DNA of 64,000 nucleotides from Escherichia phage vB_EcoM_DE16: the sequence record OP595145.1, one strand, 5' to 3'. The notes under the pieces were generated by a model, which was not told the DNA's origin, ran no database searches, and saw only the letters and a list, made by a program, of their open reading frames with translations. Made by a program: the position numbers and the translations under genes. Shown here one piece after another: positions 1-9,678 of the stretch (positions are counted from its first letter, which is position 1; every line of letters begins with the position of its first letter).

Positions 1-8
1 GATTATAC

Positions 9-31
9 AAGGGGCGCACTAAGCGCCCTTT
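9..31 (+). terminator. Rho-independent terminator-like hairpin (GGGGCGC-ACTAA-GCGCCC + T run)
   Basis: GC-rich inverted repeat followed by TTT; near-identical copy at 574-602. Confidence 0.55.
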
Positions 32-140
32 AACGTAAAGAAATGTAAATAATGCGCTATCCCCTATTGACAGGGGATCGGCGTTATATTATATTTAACT
101 CACTGGCAGCAAACAACGAAACGAAACAAAGGATAACACT

Positions 141-560
141 ATGAACATTAAATCAAATAATCCAGCTTACTCCTTCGATAACGCTTTTTGTCACGGTAGC
201 GCCGCCAAAGGCTTCGAAATCGATGGTAAATTGGTTATTGTGAACGTTGACGGGGAAGAGGTTGCAGTATATCCGGTAAACGATGTTAAAAGCCGTCTAC
301 AGTGCCGCATGGATGTTACCGCATATCAGCTTGATCCGATCCGTGTAGTTGCCCTAGTATTAGAGGAAGAGATCAAAGCAATGCATCACAGTAATAAGTT
401 TATTGGTGACGCGCAGGATAATATGAACGTTTGCCGCCATAAAGTTAATGAAGCATTGAAAGAATACGGTTTTAAGGATCTGATGATCAAACGTGATGAA
501 AAATTCCGCTTTCGTAATGACCTGGCGAACCGGATCTACTCAATCTATGAAGCTTTATAA
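141..560 (+). CDS. hypothetical protein (139 aa)
   Basis: ATG ORF bracketed by two copies of the same terminator hairpin; no recognisable motif. Confidence 0.55.
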   Translation: MNIKSNNPAYSFDNAFCHGSAAKGFEIDGKLVIVNVDGEEVAVYPVNDVKSRLQCRMDVTAYQLDPIRVVALVLEEEIKAMHHSNKFIGDAQDNMNVCRHKVNEALKEYGFKDLMIKRDEKFRFRNDLANRIYSIYEAL

Positions 561-573
561 TCAACAACAAAAT

Positions 574-602
574 AAGGGGCGCACCAAGCGCCCTTTCTTT
601 TT
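574..602 (+). terminator. Rho-independent terminator (GGGGCGC-ACCAA-GCGCCC-TTTCTTTTT)
   Basis: stem-loop plus T tract immediately after stop of 141-560 ORF. Confidence 0.65.
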
Positions 603-1221
603 GCCCGAACAATGTTGATAGCTTTCGCCTATGAAAAACCGACACAGAACAAAACTGAATAAATCGCGGTATCGAGCTAATCAACCAGCAAACGAATAAC
701 CATACATCCCAGGGCAACAGGCTGTTAGAGGGCTATTTAGAGCGGTTAAAATCGATCAACAACCAACAACAAACCATCAAAAACACCCTTTTACCTCCTT
801 TCTAGTGCAATGATAACCATTATCATCTACCCATGATTATCTATGCAATATAAGCGCATAACTATAATGTTGATAATAGTTCGCAACAACTAACCAACAA
901 ACAACATAAAACAATAAGCAAACTAATCATAATCAAAGAAATAATAGCAAGATGATTGATAACGACAAACAATCAAACCATGATGAATACTAAGCAAAAT
1001 AACAATAACACGACAAAACAACCAACTAACGAACAATAACAAACGAAACCATTAAAATAATAACTATTAGCAAAATAGTACCTGAATGAAATCATTACAA
1101 AACGAATCATTCACAGAGTCATCATTAGCACGCTATGCCGGACACATAGCGAGCTAATAATAAGCCAACTACACCCCAACAATCATAACCATCGGTGACG
1201 GTTATTTCTTGTTATTGCGTA

Positions 1222-1240
1222 GCTTGCAATAATTGCAAGC
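1222..1240. repeat. perfect palindrome GCTTGCAAT-A-ATTGCAAGC
   Basis: 9-bp arms read directly in non-coding region. Confidence 0.8.
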
Positions 1241-1285
1241 GTAATGACGCTTACACTTATTGCGCTGGCTTATTATTAGCATTAT

Positions 1286-1344
1286 ATGTAATTACCAAGA
1301 TCATAACATTAGCGCAATAACAATAATCATTGTGGTAATTACAT
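1286..1344. repeat. 12-bp inverted repeat ATGTAATTACCA / TGGTAATTACAT separated by ~35 bp
   Basis: exact reverse complements at 1286-1297 and 1333-1344. Confidence 0.8.
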
Positions 1345-2103
1345 AAGGAAACAATTAGCATGGCAATAATTATTGGGGGCGAAATGTTACCGCCACGGGC
1401 GGGAATGTTGAGCACTAAGAAAAGAGATAAACCTTAATCATGGGGGCGTAAATATCCGAGGATTGCCAACGGCGATCCGGCAGGATGTTGAGCAAGTTCT
1501 CTTAAACGTAAATAAAATCAGAAAATTCTTGATTTATTTTGGCTTTTATGTTAATAAACGTTTAAATAATAATCATTCTCATATAAATAATAGTCTGCTT
1601 GTCATGAGCGGGATTAGTTGACAGTGTTCCGTCATATGATGAGGTTGCCAAACCATTGATAAATAAGCGTTTGTGTGATTTATAATCAAGTGGCCCACCT
1701 TGTCGCTATGTTGGCATGAGCCTTGCATAAGTCATTGAATACGAATGATAATTATTCTCATTCGCATGATATTTGGGAATTGTCGCTGCGTGGACCCGAC
1801 GGCCCGAAAATTCGCGTTAAGCACTTCTTACGTATGCGCCATGATTTTTGCCATATCATATTGATTCTATTGGATATTCTTGCCATGATTGCCATGAAAC
1901 AGGGTGTCCCGAAATAATCTCTCCCCGTAGATATTTTGGGTTACTTTTTATACAAGAGTGGGGTGTCAAAAATAATCGGTATATATAGGATAATTGATAG
2001 GAATCCCCTATGATAATTCGATTGTAATTCCCTGAGATTGATCGTATGATGTTGGTGATTGATGATTGCCATGAAAGATGGCTAACGATGAGAGGAGATT
2101 ATC

Positions 2104-2478
2104 ATGCAAGAGAGTAAAAATATTCCGTTGAGTAGTGCAACATTGCTTCGCTTCTATAAAGCATGGATTGCCAACTATCCTGCAATGAATCGCACAACGA
2201 GTGGCTTATGTGGTTGTCTGGTAGATTATGTAGATGATTTTGTTGGTGAGACAACTAGAGAAGAAGATAGAAGATGGCGGGATAGTTTGTTAGACCGTTT
2301 GAAATATGAAATGAGGAAACAATTTACATGTGCAGGGCTGGACTACAATCTTCCGTTCAATGCAGATTGCATGGATTACCTTTCAGAGTGTATAAACTTG
2401 GCGTGTCATACCAACACGTTACGTCTTCAATGGGTGAAAGATCGCATCGAAGATGTAAATAATGCTTGCATTGAATAA
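2104..2478 (+). CDS. hypothetical protein, member 1 of six-copy paralogous family (FY..W..GAP..PF..GLC...PF...R..WVKDR)
   Basis: ORF 124 aa, SD GAGAGGAG upstream; shares motif set with 6746, 9976, 10741, 13579, 14883 genes. Confidence 0.7.
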   Translation: MQESKNIPLSSATLLRFYKAWIANYPAMNRTTSGLCGCLVDYVDDFVGETTREEDRRWRDSLLDRLKYEMRKQFTCAGLDYNLPFNADCMDYLSECINLACHTNTLRLQWVKDRIEDVNNACIE

Positions 2479-2537
2479 AAATGTCTGTATAGTGGTTTGC
2501 ATACCGCGCATAACAGATAGCCAATGAGGAGATTGAA

Positions 2538-2747
2538 ATGTCAAATATGAAAACTGTATCCTTGTATTTAGCTAACACTGATCGTGTGCACACCCTTGCT
2601 AATGCAAGTCGTGTACTCGTGCAGTTCCGAAACTTCGCACCGTCCGTTGTGACAGGCAGTGAAACGTGTGTGATCGATTTCATCAATGAATATTTCCACG
2701 GGAATCCTGTTGCTCGTCACTTCGTGGAGAATATGAAAGATGCATAA
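2538..2747 (+). CDS. hypothetical protein (69 aa)
   Basis: ORF with SD TGAGGAG upstream. Confidence 0.5.
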   Translation: MSNMKTVSLYLANTDRVHTLANASRVLVQFRNFAPSVVTGSETCVIDFINEYFHGNPVARHFVENMKDA

Positions 2748-2970
2748 CATGAAACGTATGAAAATTCGTATTGAGAATGATGGTGGTTATAAAGGATTGG
2801 CACATGCAAAATTTCCACTTGTGTTGGAAGCTACAGTGGAATACAGTGGGCTTGCTCATGTGCGATTCTCGAAGATGATGGAAGTGCAGGAGTGGTTTTG
2901 GGACGAGATAGATGCACGAGAAGGGGAAGATTATGTTTTCTTTCCTCACGAATATGAAATCGTTTATTAA
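2740..2970 (+). CDS. hypothetical protein (76 aa)
   Basis: ORF co-directional, start overlaps previous stop. Confidence 0.45.
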   Translation: MHNMKRMKIRIENDGGYKGLAHAKFPLVLEATVEYSGLAHVRFSKMMEVQEWFWDEIDAREGEDYVFFPHEYEIVY

Positions 2971-2973
2971 AGG

Positions 2974-3222
2974 TTGTGTGCAATGATCACACCACAACAG
3001 AATGAAGCAGCAATGGATCTTCTTGATAGTTTGTATTTCGATAACTGGTACTCTGAATGTGAATGGATGAATATGCAAACTCTGAAAGAGAAGACAGAAG
3101 CGTTGATTACAGTAGATCAATTTCTTGCAGAGACGGAAAGAATGAATTATGATATGGCATCTCGCGCACGACGCGTTTCCATTTTCAATAAAATGTTAGC
3201 ATTATGGGGAGGTAGAAAATGA
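2974..3222 (+). CDS. hypothetical protein (82 aa)
   Basis: ORF, co-directional early block. Confidence 0.5.
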   Translation: MCAMITPQQNEAAMDLLDSLYFDNWYSECEWMNMQTLKEKTEALITVDQFLAETERMNYDMASRARRVSIFNKMLALWGGRK

Positions 3223-3680
3223 GACAATTCACTATACTGGCAGCTTATGTGCAATGTGTTCACGATTATGTTAGTGCTCATACAGGTGTGCTGGAAGTTA
3301 CCAGTAAAATTGAAGGTAATATGGGTACTGTCTGTGTGCAACATACTTTATCCAATGTGCCGTTTAAAGTGTTCACTGTTGTAGCTGCCGATTACAATCG
3401 TGTAGATGTGCGTTTCTTGGATCATAATTTTCGTAACGCACTAGATAATATCGAAGATTATCTTCCCGTGAAACCTTTGTCATTTCCACCGAGTCGTGCA
3501 AATAATGTAGTGACAAACCTTAATGAAAGGAATGTGGCTATGCACAAAAAAGTCCGTCAACTGAAAACGCTGATGGAAATGCAAGAAGAGATTGAAAAAG
3601 AATTGAAAGAAGATTTTGGTATGCTTCCAAAAGACGCTTTGAAATGGTATGATGAACTAGGAGGAGAAAGTTATGAATAA
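3219..3680 (+). CDS. hypothetical protein (153 aa)
   Basis: ORF with SD GGGAGG upstream, ATGA overlap with previous gene. Confidence 0.6.
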   Translation: MRQFTILAAYVQCVHDYVSAHTGVLEVTSKIEGNMGTVCVQHTLSNVPFKVFTVVAADYNRVDVRFLDHNFRNALDNIEDYLPVKPLSFPPSRANNVVTNLNERNVAMHKKVRQLKTLMEMQEEIEKELKEDFGMLPKDALKWYDELGGESYE

Positions 3681-3867
3681 AGGAACTACTGTATATTTAG
3701 TGACTAAGAACACCCCAGGTTGGAGCCAATGCAGCACTGTCCCTTACAAGATCTGTGCAACATTAGAACTAGCACAACGTGCAGAAGCAGAAGTGGATGC
3801 CATGCAATACAGCTATGGTGAGATCATTCCTTTTACTCTTGAACAAGAAGGAGCACATCATGTTTAA
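3673..3867 (+). CDS. hypothetical protein (64 aa)
   Basis: ORF with SD AGGAGG upstream. Confidence 0.5.
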   Translation: MNKGTTVYLVTKNTPGWSQCSTVPYKICATLELAQRAEAEVDAMQYSYGEIIPFTLEQEGAHHV

Positions 3868-4315
3868 AGTAGGGTTTACTTATAAATTCAAAAGCGTTGC
3901 TGACCAAGGAGATATGGCAACACATGACAAAGCAAATATTGCTGTTTGCCAAGCGATTGGAAACGAAGTTTTCAAAGTTATGAATACAGATGATAAGTAT
4001 GGTCATGTTCTTGAGTTTTATATCAATGGCACCCTCTATACAGCAGGTGTTACCCCAGGGTTTAATTCGTATACTTATTTGATTGATAACGAAGAATTTA
4101 AATATTTTGAAGAAGTAAAGGAGGAAACAATGGGTAAAGCAGAACCACAATGGCATGTTGTGATCGTAGGATCAGAGTGTGTAGATGTTTGTTCTAGTTT
4201 TGAAAAAGCTTCTGAAGTCGCTACAAAAGCTAAGAAGGATTATCCGTCAAAGACGGTTGAGATTTACGCTCGTGTTGCAGTAGCAAACGCCACAATCACT
4301 ATTGATAAGGAGTAA
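3860..4315 (+). CDS. hypothetical protein (151 aa)
   Basis: internal ATG at 3860 preceded by GAAGGAG; track ORF 3779 start lacks SD. Confidence 0.6.
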   Translation: MFKVGFTYKFKSVADQGDMATHDKANIAVCQAIGNEVFKVMNTDDKYGHVLEFYINGTLYTAGVTPGFNSYTYLIDNEEFKYFEEVKEETMGKAEPQWHVVIVGSECVDVCSSFEKASEVATKAKKDYPSKTVEIYARVAVANATITIDKE

Positions 4316-4320
4316 AGCCA

Positions 4321-4776
4321 ATGTTCAAAGAAGGTCATGTCTACCGTTTCCAGGATGAAGATTATATGCGACTATATTCTACCTTTGATAACAGTATTGC
4401 TGCTATCATTGGAGAGAATTTTTTCGAGGTGTTGAGCACTGATGCAAATGGTAATATCTTGTCAATTGTTGTGATAGGGAGAGACGGTATTATCACTGCT
4501 AGTGATGGGGATCGTTACATAATCAATTCTGCTCATATAGATTATTTTGTTGACGGTGGTATTCGTGGTGGTCGTGGAAAACCCCAAGAAGAACCTGTTG
4601 ATACAACAAAAGAAGAGTGGTATGTTGTAATGACTGATGATACCTGTATTTCTGGATTTGAAAGTTACGAAGAAGCTTTGAAAGAAGCAGCAGAGCATAA
4701 AATGGCTAATCCTACAGAAGAGGTTGAAGTTTATAAACGTTTGGTTGTTGCTACCATCGGCGTATCTTTTGTTTAA
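4321..4776 (+). CDS. hypothetical protein (151 aa)
   Basis: ORF with SD TAAGGAG upstream. Confidence 0.6.
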   Translation: MFKEGHVYRFQDEDYMRLYSTFDNSIAAIIGENFFEVLSTDANGNILSIVVIGRDGIITASDGDRYIINSAHIDYFVDGGIRGGRGKPQEEPVDTTKEEWYVVMTDDTCISGFESYEEALKEAAEHKMANPTEEVEVYKRLVVATIGVSFV

Positions 4777-4788
4777 AAGGGGAATGTT

Positions 4789-5226
4789 ATGTTTAAAGTT
4801 AATGCTGTTTACTGTTTCAAAAGTAAAGCTGCCTGTGAAGCTTTCTCTGTGATCTCTGATGAAAATTTCAAAATGGCAGCTTTGATTGAAGGGTCTTGTT
4901 TCCGCGTCGAAGATGTTAGTGAATCAGGGTCTGTTTGCTCATTGACTTTATTGGACAGCGGGGATATTATTGAAGCTGGACAGTATCCGTTCAGGAGTTG
5001 GGAGATATTGTTAGCTCGCGGAGAGCGTAACTTTTTTATGTGCGTGTCTGCGGGGGAAGTTGTGAAAGAAACTAAGGATGTTTCTGTTTACAATTCTGAA
5101 TTTATAAGTTATAGTGAGTATCAACATTTGGAAGGCATTGTTGGTCACTTGTTATCTCTGATTGACATTGAATGTGACTTGCCTGAATCATTGAAAGAAG
5201 AGTTGAAAGCATTAGATCTGCTGTAA
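4789..5226 (+). CDS. hypothetical protein (145 aa)
   Basis: ORF with SD AAAGGGG upstream. Confidence 0.6.
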   Translation: MFKVNAVYCFKSKAACEAFSVISDENFKMAALIEGSCFRVEDVSESGSVCSLTLLDSGDIIEAGQYPFRSWEILLARGERNFFMCVSAGEVVKETKDVSVYNSEFISYSEYQHLEGIVGHLLSLIDIECDLPESLKEELKALDLL

Positions 5227-5253
5227 TGTTTCGCACAACGAAAGGAGAATAAG

Positions 5254-5553
5254 ATGAATCTGACCGAACAGTTACGCCGTATTGCAAAAGAAGCTTCCTT
5301 CAACTTCCCTGTTGAAGAAGTGATCGAGACATGTTTTGCTGAAGCACGAGCGGGAAACTCTTCAAGAAATTTCACGCCATCTGATTTTGGTTTGGATAAT
5401 TCTCCTACTCATCCAGGGGAAATCTACAATCAGGTGAAGTGGATGGATGAAGCAGTAGCAATTCTTCGTGAGCGTGGGCTTATTGTTTATAAAGAAATGG
5501 ATCTGAACGGGGCATACGAGTGGATCACTATTGATTGGTCCGAGGTGAAATGA
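5254..5553 (+). CDS. hypothetical protein (99 aa)
   Basis: ORF with SD AAAGGAG upstream. Confidence 0.6.
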   Translation: MNLTEQLRRIAKEASFNFPVEEVIETCFAEARAGNSSRNFTPSDFGLDNSPTHPGEIYNQVKWMDEAVAILRERGLIVYKEMDLNGAYEWITIDWSEVK

Positions 5554-5786
5554 TGAAAGGTAACAAGATGAAAGTTAATCAAGTGCCGAGCGCATACACT
5601 TTGTGGCTTGCGCGAGCGTTACACCAGACGATCAAAGACCCTAAGAAGCCAATGAAGAGTGGGAAGAAGTTTATGTCTAAGGGCAAAACAACCTTTGGCT
5701 TCACTCGTATGTCTGTCAAGATGAAAAGGCTGGGGTACAAGCCAAACTACGCTCGTTACCCTTCTGAATACAACTGGTTTGACTAA
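5550..5786 (+). CDS. hypothetical basic protein (78 aa)
   Basis: ATG at 5550 overlapping previous stop (ATGA), lysine-rich product. Confidence 0.5.
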   Translation: MMKGNKMKVNQVPSAYTLWLARALHQTIKDPKKPMKSGKKFMSKGKTTFGFTRMSVKMKRLGYKPNYARYPSEYNWFD

Positions 5787-5798
5787 AAGGAAAAAGCA

Positions 5799-6272
5799 AT
5801 GGCAGGTTTGAAACTGGAGATGTTGACAAAGCAAGAATTTGTTCCCGAACACGGTGAAACTTACATTGCTTTCTTGATTAGTGATTTTTATGGGGATTTA
5901 GAGTATGTTGAACTGGAGTGTGAGTTTCACTACCAAATGATCGACGCAGAAACTGGTTATTGTCTGGGTACGTCTGCGGTGTATAATGGTGATAATGGCA
6001 TTCCTTTTCATACCCCAATGAGGTACGAAGCGAAAAACCGATTCAAACTTCTCACAGAAGAAGAAAAAGAGACATATAAATATCACGAAGAGGAGGATCA
6101 ACGCTTCTGGTGGGAGAAAACTTGGTTCCTGTCTGATCGCCGTAATCTTCAGATTCACCCAGAAGAACTGGATGAAATGTCCATCGGGATTATGAAGAAG
6201 AAAGACTTCATGTACAAGGTGAGAGAAGCTAATAAGTTCCGTGTTGCAACTAAAGAGGAGAACAAAACATGA
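5799..6272 (+). CDS. hypothetical protein (157 aa)
   Basis: ORF with SD AAAGGAAAAAG upstream. Confidence 0.6.
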   Translation: MAGLKLEMLTKQEFVPEHGETYIAFLISDFYGDLEYVELECEFHYQMIDAETGYCLGTSAVYNGDNGIPFHTPMRYEAKNRFKLLTEEEKETYKYHEEEDQRFWWEKTWFLSDRRNLQIHPEELDEMSIGIMKKKDFMYKVREANKFRVATKEENKT

Positions 6273-6553
6273 AAACATTTATTCGCGTAAAACATGATCC
6301 AAACAGCAGTTACCCATACGCGTATGTTGAACGTCATGAAGGAGACTATTACACCATAAAACGTAAAGTCCCAACTGATACAGGGTTTAACTTTGATGTT
6401 ATTGCGCTGGATGATCAAGGTGTTGATAATCTGGTGAATGCATTACTCGCATTGAAGGAAGTACGACATGAAAATCAGACTAAAGGTAAAGTGGCTTTCG
6501 ATTCTTGTGATCGTTTAGCCGAAGAGATTGCCGAATGGCGTGATACTCACTAA
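6269..6553 (+). CDS. hypothetical protein (94 aa)
   Basis: ORF, ATGA overlap with previous gene, SD AGAGGAG. Confidence 0.6.
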   Translation: MKTFIRVKHDPNSSYPYAYVERHEGDYYTIKRKVPTDTGFNFDVIALDDQGVDNLVNALLALKEVRHENQTKGKVAFDSCDRLAEEIAEWRDTH

Positions 6554-6568
6554 AACAGGAGAAAGATT

Positions 6569-6745
6569 ATGGCTACTTTTCAACAATTGAAAGATGTTTC
6601 ACGTTTAGTAAGAAAAATCCGAGAAGCAGACGCTGCTGTGCGGAATGCATTAACGCCAGCAGAGCGTGAAGATCTTGAAGAGGAGGTGAAAACAGCCGAG
6701 AATGCTTTTGCTGTGTATCTTTCAACACTGTATACAGGAGGTTAA
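6569..6745 (+). CDS. hypothetical protein (58 aa, below ORF-track cutoff)
   Basis: ATG preceded by ACAGGAGAAAG; preferred over antisense track ORF 6573-6779. Confidence 0.45.
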   Translation: MATFQQLKDVSRLVRKIREADAAVRNALTPAEREDLEEEVKTAENAFAVYLSTLYTGG

Positions 6746-7060
6746 ATGTCAGAAGAACTAAAAGAATTTTATCAGGCATATCATAACTGGCTGTTAGCTG
6801 GTGCTCCAGATAATAATCCTTTCTGGCACGATAAAGGATTATGTAGTTGCCTCTACCTTTGGACTGGTGGTTACGATGATCTAAATTATGAAATGCAAAT
6901 GCAATTTCGAGAAGCAGGGTTGTCTGAAGAATACCCGTTTGATGACGGAGACTGGTTTAAATATGATTTTGCACAAAGAAACGGGCTATTGCATTTGAAT
7001 GCTGCCCGTATAAAATGGGTAAAAGACCATGCTACACAGGAGGATGTGCAATGCCAATAG
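6746..7060 (+). CDS. hypothetical protein, member 2 of paralogous family
   Basis: ORF 104 aa sharing FY..W..GAP..PF..GLC..YPF..R.KWVKD motifs. Confidence 0.7.
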   Translation: MSEELKEFYQAYHNWLLAGAPDNNPFWHDKGLCSCLYLWTGGYDDLNYEMQMQFREAGLSEEYPFDDGDWFKYDFAQRNGLLHLNAARIKWVKDHATQEDVQCQ

Positions 7061-7251
7061 TGTTTAGTTTCTTAGTAATTGTTATGGTTGTTCTTTTCGC
7101 GGCATGGCTTTGGGATTTTGACCCAGGAGCAGCGCAGCAAAGAGCTACAGACTGGAAAGAACAGTGTATTGTGCTCAAACATGAACGAAATGCGGAGAAA
7201 TTTCTTGACCTAGAGTGTGATCGCCTTGTAAGATACAAGCAAGATAAATAA
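7051..7251 (+). CDS. small membrane protein (66 aa)
   Basis: ATG at 7051 after CAGGAGG; hydrophobic N-terminal helix IVFSFLVIVMVVLFAAWLW. Confidence 0.55.
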   Translation: MPIVFSFLVIVMVVLFAAWLWDFDPGAAQQRATDWKEQCIVLKHERNAEKFLDLECDRLVRYKQDK

Positions 7252-7265
7252 CTTTGAGGTGCAAA

Positions 7266-7454
7266 ATGGTAATTGAGATTAAACTTGAATATGCTGGGGC
7301 TGTTGCTCTGATCGCACAAATGCTTGGAGCAAAGATTGAAGAAGTGTATATCAATGCCTGGAGCGTAGAGATTGATGTTCCTATGGACAACATTGCTAAT
7401 CGCTTGCTGGTGGCAGAGTGTGAACGCACCAACATAATCTACAAAGGAGCATAA
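7266..7454 (+). CDS. hypothetical protein (62 aa)
   Basis: ATG at 7266 with SD-like TGAGGTG; track start is TTG. Confidence 0.5.
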   Translation: MVIEIKLEYAGAVALIAQMLGAKIEEVYINAWSVEIDVPMDNIANRLLVAECERTNIIYKGA

Positions 7455-7455
7455 T

Positions 7456-7677
7456 ATGAAAATTAGAGTTTGTGATGTATTGGGTTATGTTGGTTTTGAG
7501 AATGTTCAGATTCCTTTTGTTGTTGAAGCACATCTTGTTAGCGATGATATGACAACATTCTTTGTTACGATAGAAGAAATGTCCAAAGTTGAGGGATGGG
7601 AGTGGTTTGAAGAAGATGTTTGGGAAGGTTGTGATTACGTATTTTTCTCTGATGAAGTGAATGTTCTTTCGGAGTAG
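7456..7677 (+). CDS. hypothetical protein (73 aa)
   Basis: ORF with SD AAAGGAG upstream. Confidence 0.55.
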   Translation: MKIRVCDVLGYVGFENVQIPFVVEAHLVSDDMTTFFVTIEEMSKVEGWEWFEEDVWEGCDYVFFSDEVNVLSE

Positions 7678-7679
7678 GT

Positions 7680-7886
7680 ATGTCTTGTTTTACAAAAGCA
7701 GTATCCATATGTAAGAAACAGTATGAAAGTGATTACGGAATATTTAATATTCCAGCGGATCATACGGAGTATTGTTCATGTGGTGGCAGAATGAAGAAAA
7801 CAGTGATTTATGCGGATAATGAAGATGAACTTGTTCCGGTTATGGTTTGCAAAGCTTGTCATTCTGTTAAAACATTAAAAGCGTAA
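7680..7886 (+). CDS. small zinc-ribbon-like protein (68 aa)
   Basis: two Cys pairs (CSCGG ... CKAC) in product. Confidence 0.5.
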   Translation: MSCFTKAVSICKKQYESDYGIFNIPADHTEYCSCGGRMKKTVIYADNEDELVPVMVCKACHSVKTLKA

Positions 7887-7981
7887 GGAGTCGGGACACC
7901 CGACGATTGGAGCTAAAAATTTTGCGTACAACCCTTTCCGCCCAACAGGGGCGCGTCGGGTAAATAAAGAGGAGAGTTTAT

Positions 7982-8380
7982 ATGAAAAAGATCATCGTAG
8001 GTTTATTGTTACTCATTGCATCACTTGGAACAGCAAATGCGTCTCAAGTTTATGAGTGTGTGTCAGATGTGGTTGTTAAAAATCTGAAAGGTGAAGTGAT
8101 TTCTGGTCCTAAGAAAATGGCTTCTGTTGTCATTAATAAAGATAACTCCTTTATCCTTAAAAATTCAGGTGGTGCTTTGATGAGTGGCATTCTGCAATAC
8201 ACAGGAGAAAAAAGTAAAGATGGTAGTGCTATGTATGGTTCACAACAGTTTATTGGCACTACTGAAGTAGTAATGATGCGCACAGAGTATCGAGACACTT
8301 TAGCTTGGTTTGCATTTCTAAAAAATGATAAAACAATAACGAATGTTCTTACTCTAGAAGCTGATTGTACGCAACGATAA
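7982..8380 (+). CDS. secreted or periplasmic protein with signal peptide (132 aa)
   Basis: N-terminus MKKIIVGLLLLIASLGTANA resembles Sec signal peptide; SD AGAGGAG. Confidence 0.6.
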   Translation: MKKIIVGLLLLIASLGTANASQVYECVSDVVVKNLKGEVISGPKKMASVVINKDNSFILKNSGGALMSGILQYTGEKSKDGSAMYGSQQFIGTTEVVMMRTEYRDTLAWFAFLKNDKTITNVLTLEADCTQR

Positions 8381-8390
8381 GGGGGTATTT

Positions 8391-8846
8391 ATGACTAAAG
8401 TGCGACATTATGCTGTAAACTGCAACGATGTTTGGCGTTTGTGTCCTGATGATCCGACAGAAGGCACATTTGTAAGATATGAGGATTATAAAGAGTTATC
8501 GGATGCTGTGATCGCATTGTTAACTGATATCCGTTCACGTTACCCAGGACAAGATTTCACTTGCCCTCACATCAAACTTCTTGCTTGTCTGGTAGAAGGT
8601 GAGAAAGAAGTGGAAGATGGCTTCAAGCGTGTAGAGTATCAAGGTGAAACTTTAGAGGTTCCTGAATTTGTTAATTATATTGCAACAGATTCGAGTGGCG
8701 AGCGTTATGGTTACAGTCATAAACCGGAGATTCCAGATTTCGTTTATGCGTGGCGTATTCCTTATCAAGTTTTTAATGCTGCGGATTACTGGTATTTAGG
8801 AGAAGGAGATAGCCGTAATTGGCGTGACTCCTTGGCTCAGGTTTAA
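8391..8846 (+). CDS. hypothetical protein (151 aa)
   Basis: ORF with SD TAAGGGGG upstream. Confidence 0.6.
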   Translation: MTKVRHYAVNCNDVWRLCPDDPTEGTFVRYEDYKELSDAVIALLTDIRSRYPGQDFTCPHIKLLACLVEGEKEVEDGFKRVEYQGETLEVPEFVNYIATDSSGERYGYSHKPEIPDFVYAWRIPYQVFNAADYWYLGEGDSRNWRDSLAQV

Positions 8847-8850
8847 TACT

Positions 8851-9114
8851 ATGAAAGAAACATTACCAGCAGCATACCGTTTGAATGATGAACGTATTTG
8901 GGAGTGGACCGACGTTTCTTGTTTTTACCCTGAAATAGTTCAATATTGGCGAGCGAAAGGGTGTGTTGTAGTTATCAACCCTTGTGGACCAGTAGATGAA
9001 GATTGTTTGTATCTCAATGGAAAGTGGCACAGTTATTGTCGCTGGCCTTTTGAGTGGATGTGTAAAGAAGATCTCCCAGAGGGTTGGGAGTATCCGAAAG
9101 CAAATAGGAGATAA
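8851..9114 (+). CDS. hypothetical protein (87 aa)
   Basis: ATG at 8851 in frame within track ORF 8824. Confidence 0.45.
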   Translation: MKETLPAAYRLNDERIWEWTDVSCFYPEIVQYWRAKGCVVVINPCGPVDEDCLYLNGKWHSYCRWPFEWMCKEDLPEGWEYPKANRR

Positions 9115-9115
9115 T

Positions 9116-9478
9116 ATGTCTAAAGATTTTGTTGAAGTGTTTGTCAAAGACGAAGAAACTGGTTTAGGCACAGGTTTCATTTGCGAAGAAACTTTTAAGC
9201 GTGAACAAGAAAAAGCTATTCTTATGCACCGCTATGATCATGCATTAGAACAATGGAAAAATGCAGAACAAAAATGCAAAAACCTTTACGCAGAAAATAG
9301 AAAACTACAAGATCAAATGGAGTTGTTAGCTATCAGTTTACGATCTCTCATTTTGGCTGTAGAAGATGGTTTTAAAAATCCAGATGGTTTTCCTGTGAGC
9401 GATATTGAACATGATTTGTATCTTGCTCGTGGTGCTTACTTTTATGTTAAACAGAAGCCTGTAGAAGGAGAGAAATGA
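9116..9478 (+). CDS. hypothetical coiled-coil protein (120 aa)
   Basis: ATG at 9116 after AATAGGAG; track ORF 8996 start lacks SD. Confidence 0.55.
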   Translation: MSKDFVEVFVKDEETGLGTGFICEETFKREQEKAILMHRYDHALEQWKNAEQKCKNLYAENRKLQDQMELLAISLRSLILAVEDGFKNPDGFPVSDIEHDLYLARGAYFYVKQKPVEGEK

Positions 9479-9675
9479 TGGAAGAAAAACTGGAACGTAT
9501 TATCGAGTTAGCCATGTCTATTGGCTACGACGATTGTTTTCTCCAAACTATTGGAGAAACACAGGACGATTACGACTCTTGGGTGAAAGAGTTGGAAGAA
9601 CTCAAAACTTCCTTGATTGCTGACTTTGCTGAAGCAGAGGATAAAGCAGATCGTTACAACTATCTGTGTCGATAA
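9475..9675 (+). CDS. hypothetical acidic protein (66 aa)
   Basis: ORF with SD GAAGGAG, overlap with previous stop. Confidence 0.55.
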   Translation: MMEEKLERIIELAMSIGYDDCFLQTIGETQDDYDSWVKELEELKTSLIADFAEAEDKADRYNYLCR

Positions 9676-9678
9676 GCC

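Noticed and set aside
1723-1917. 64-aa ORF in the repeat-rich non-coding region
   Set aside because: Starts with TTG, has no SD, and its product has no features; the region looks regulatory or structural rather than coding.
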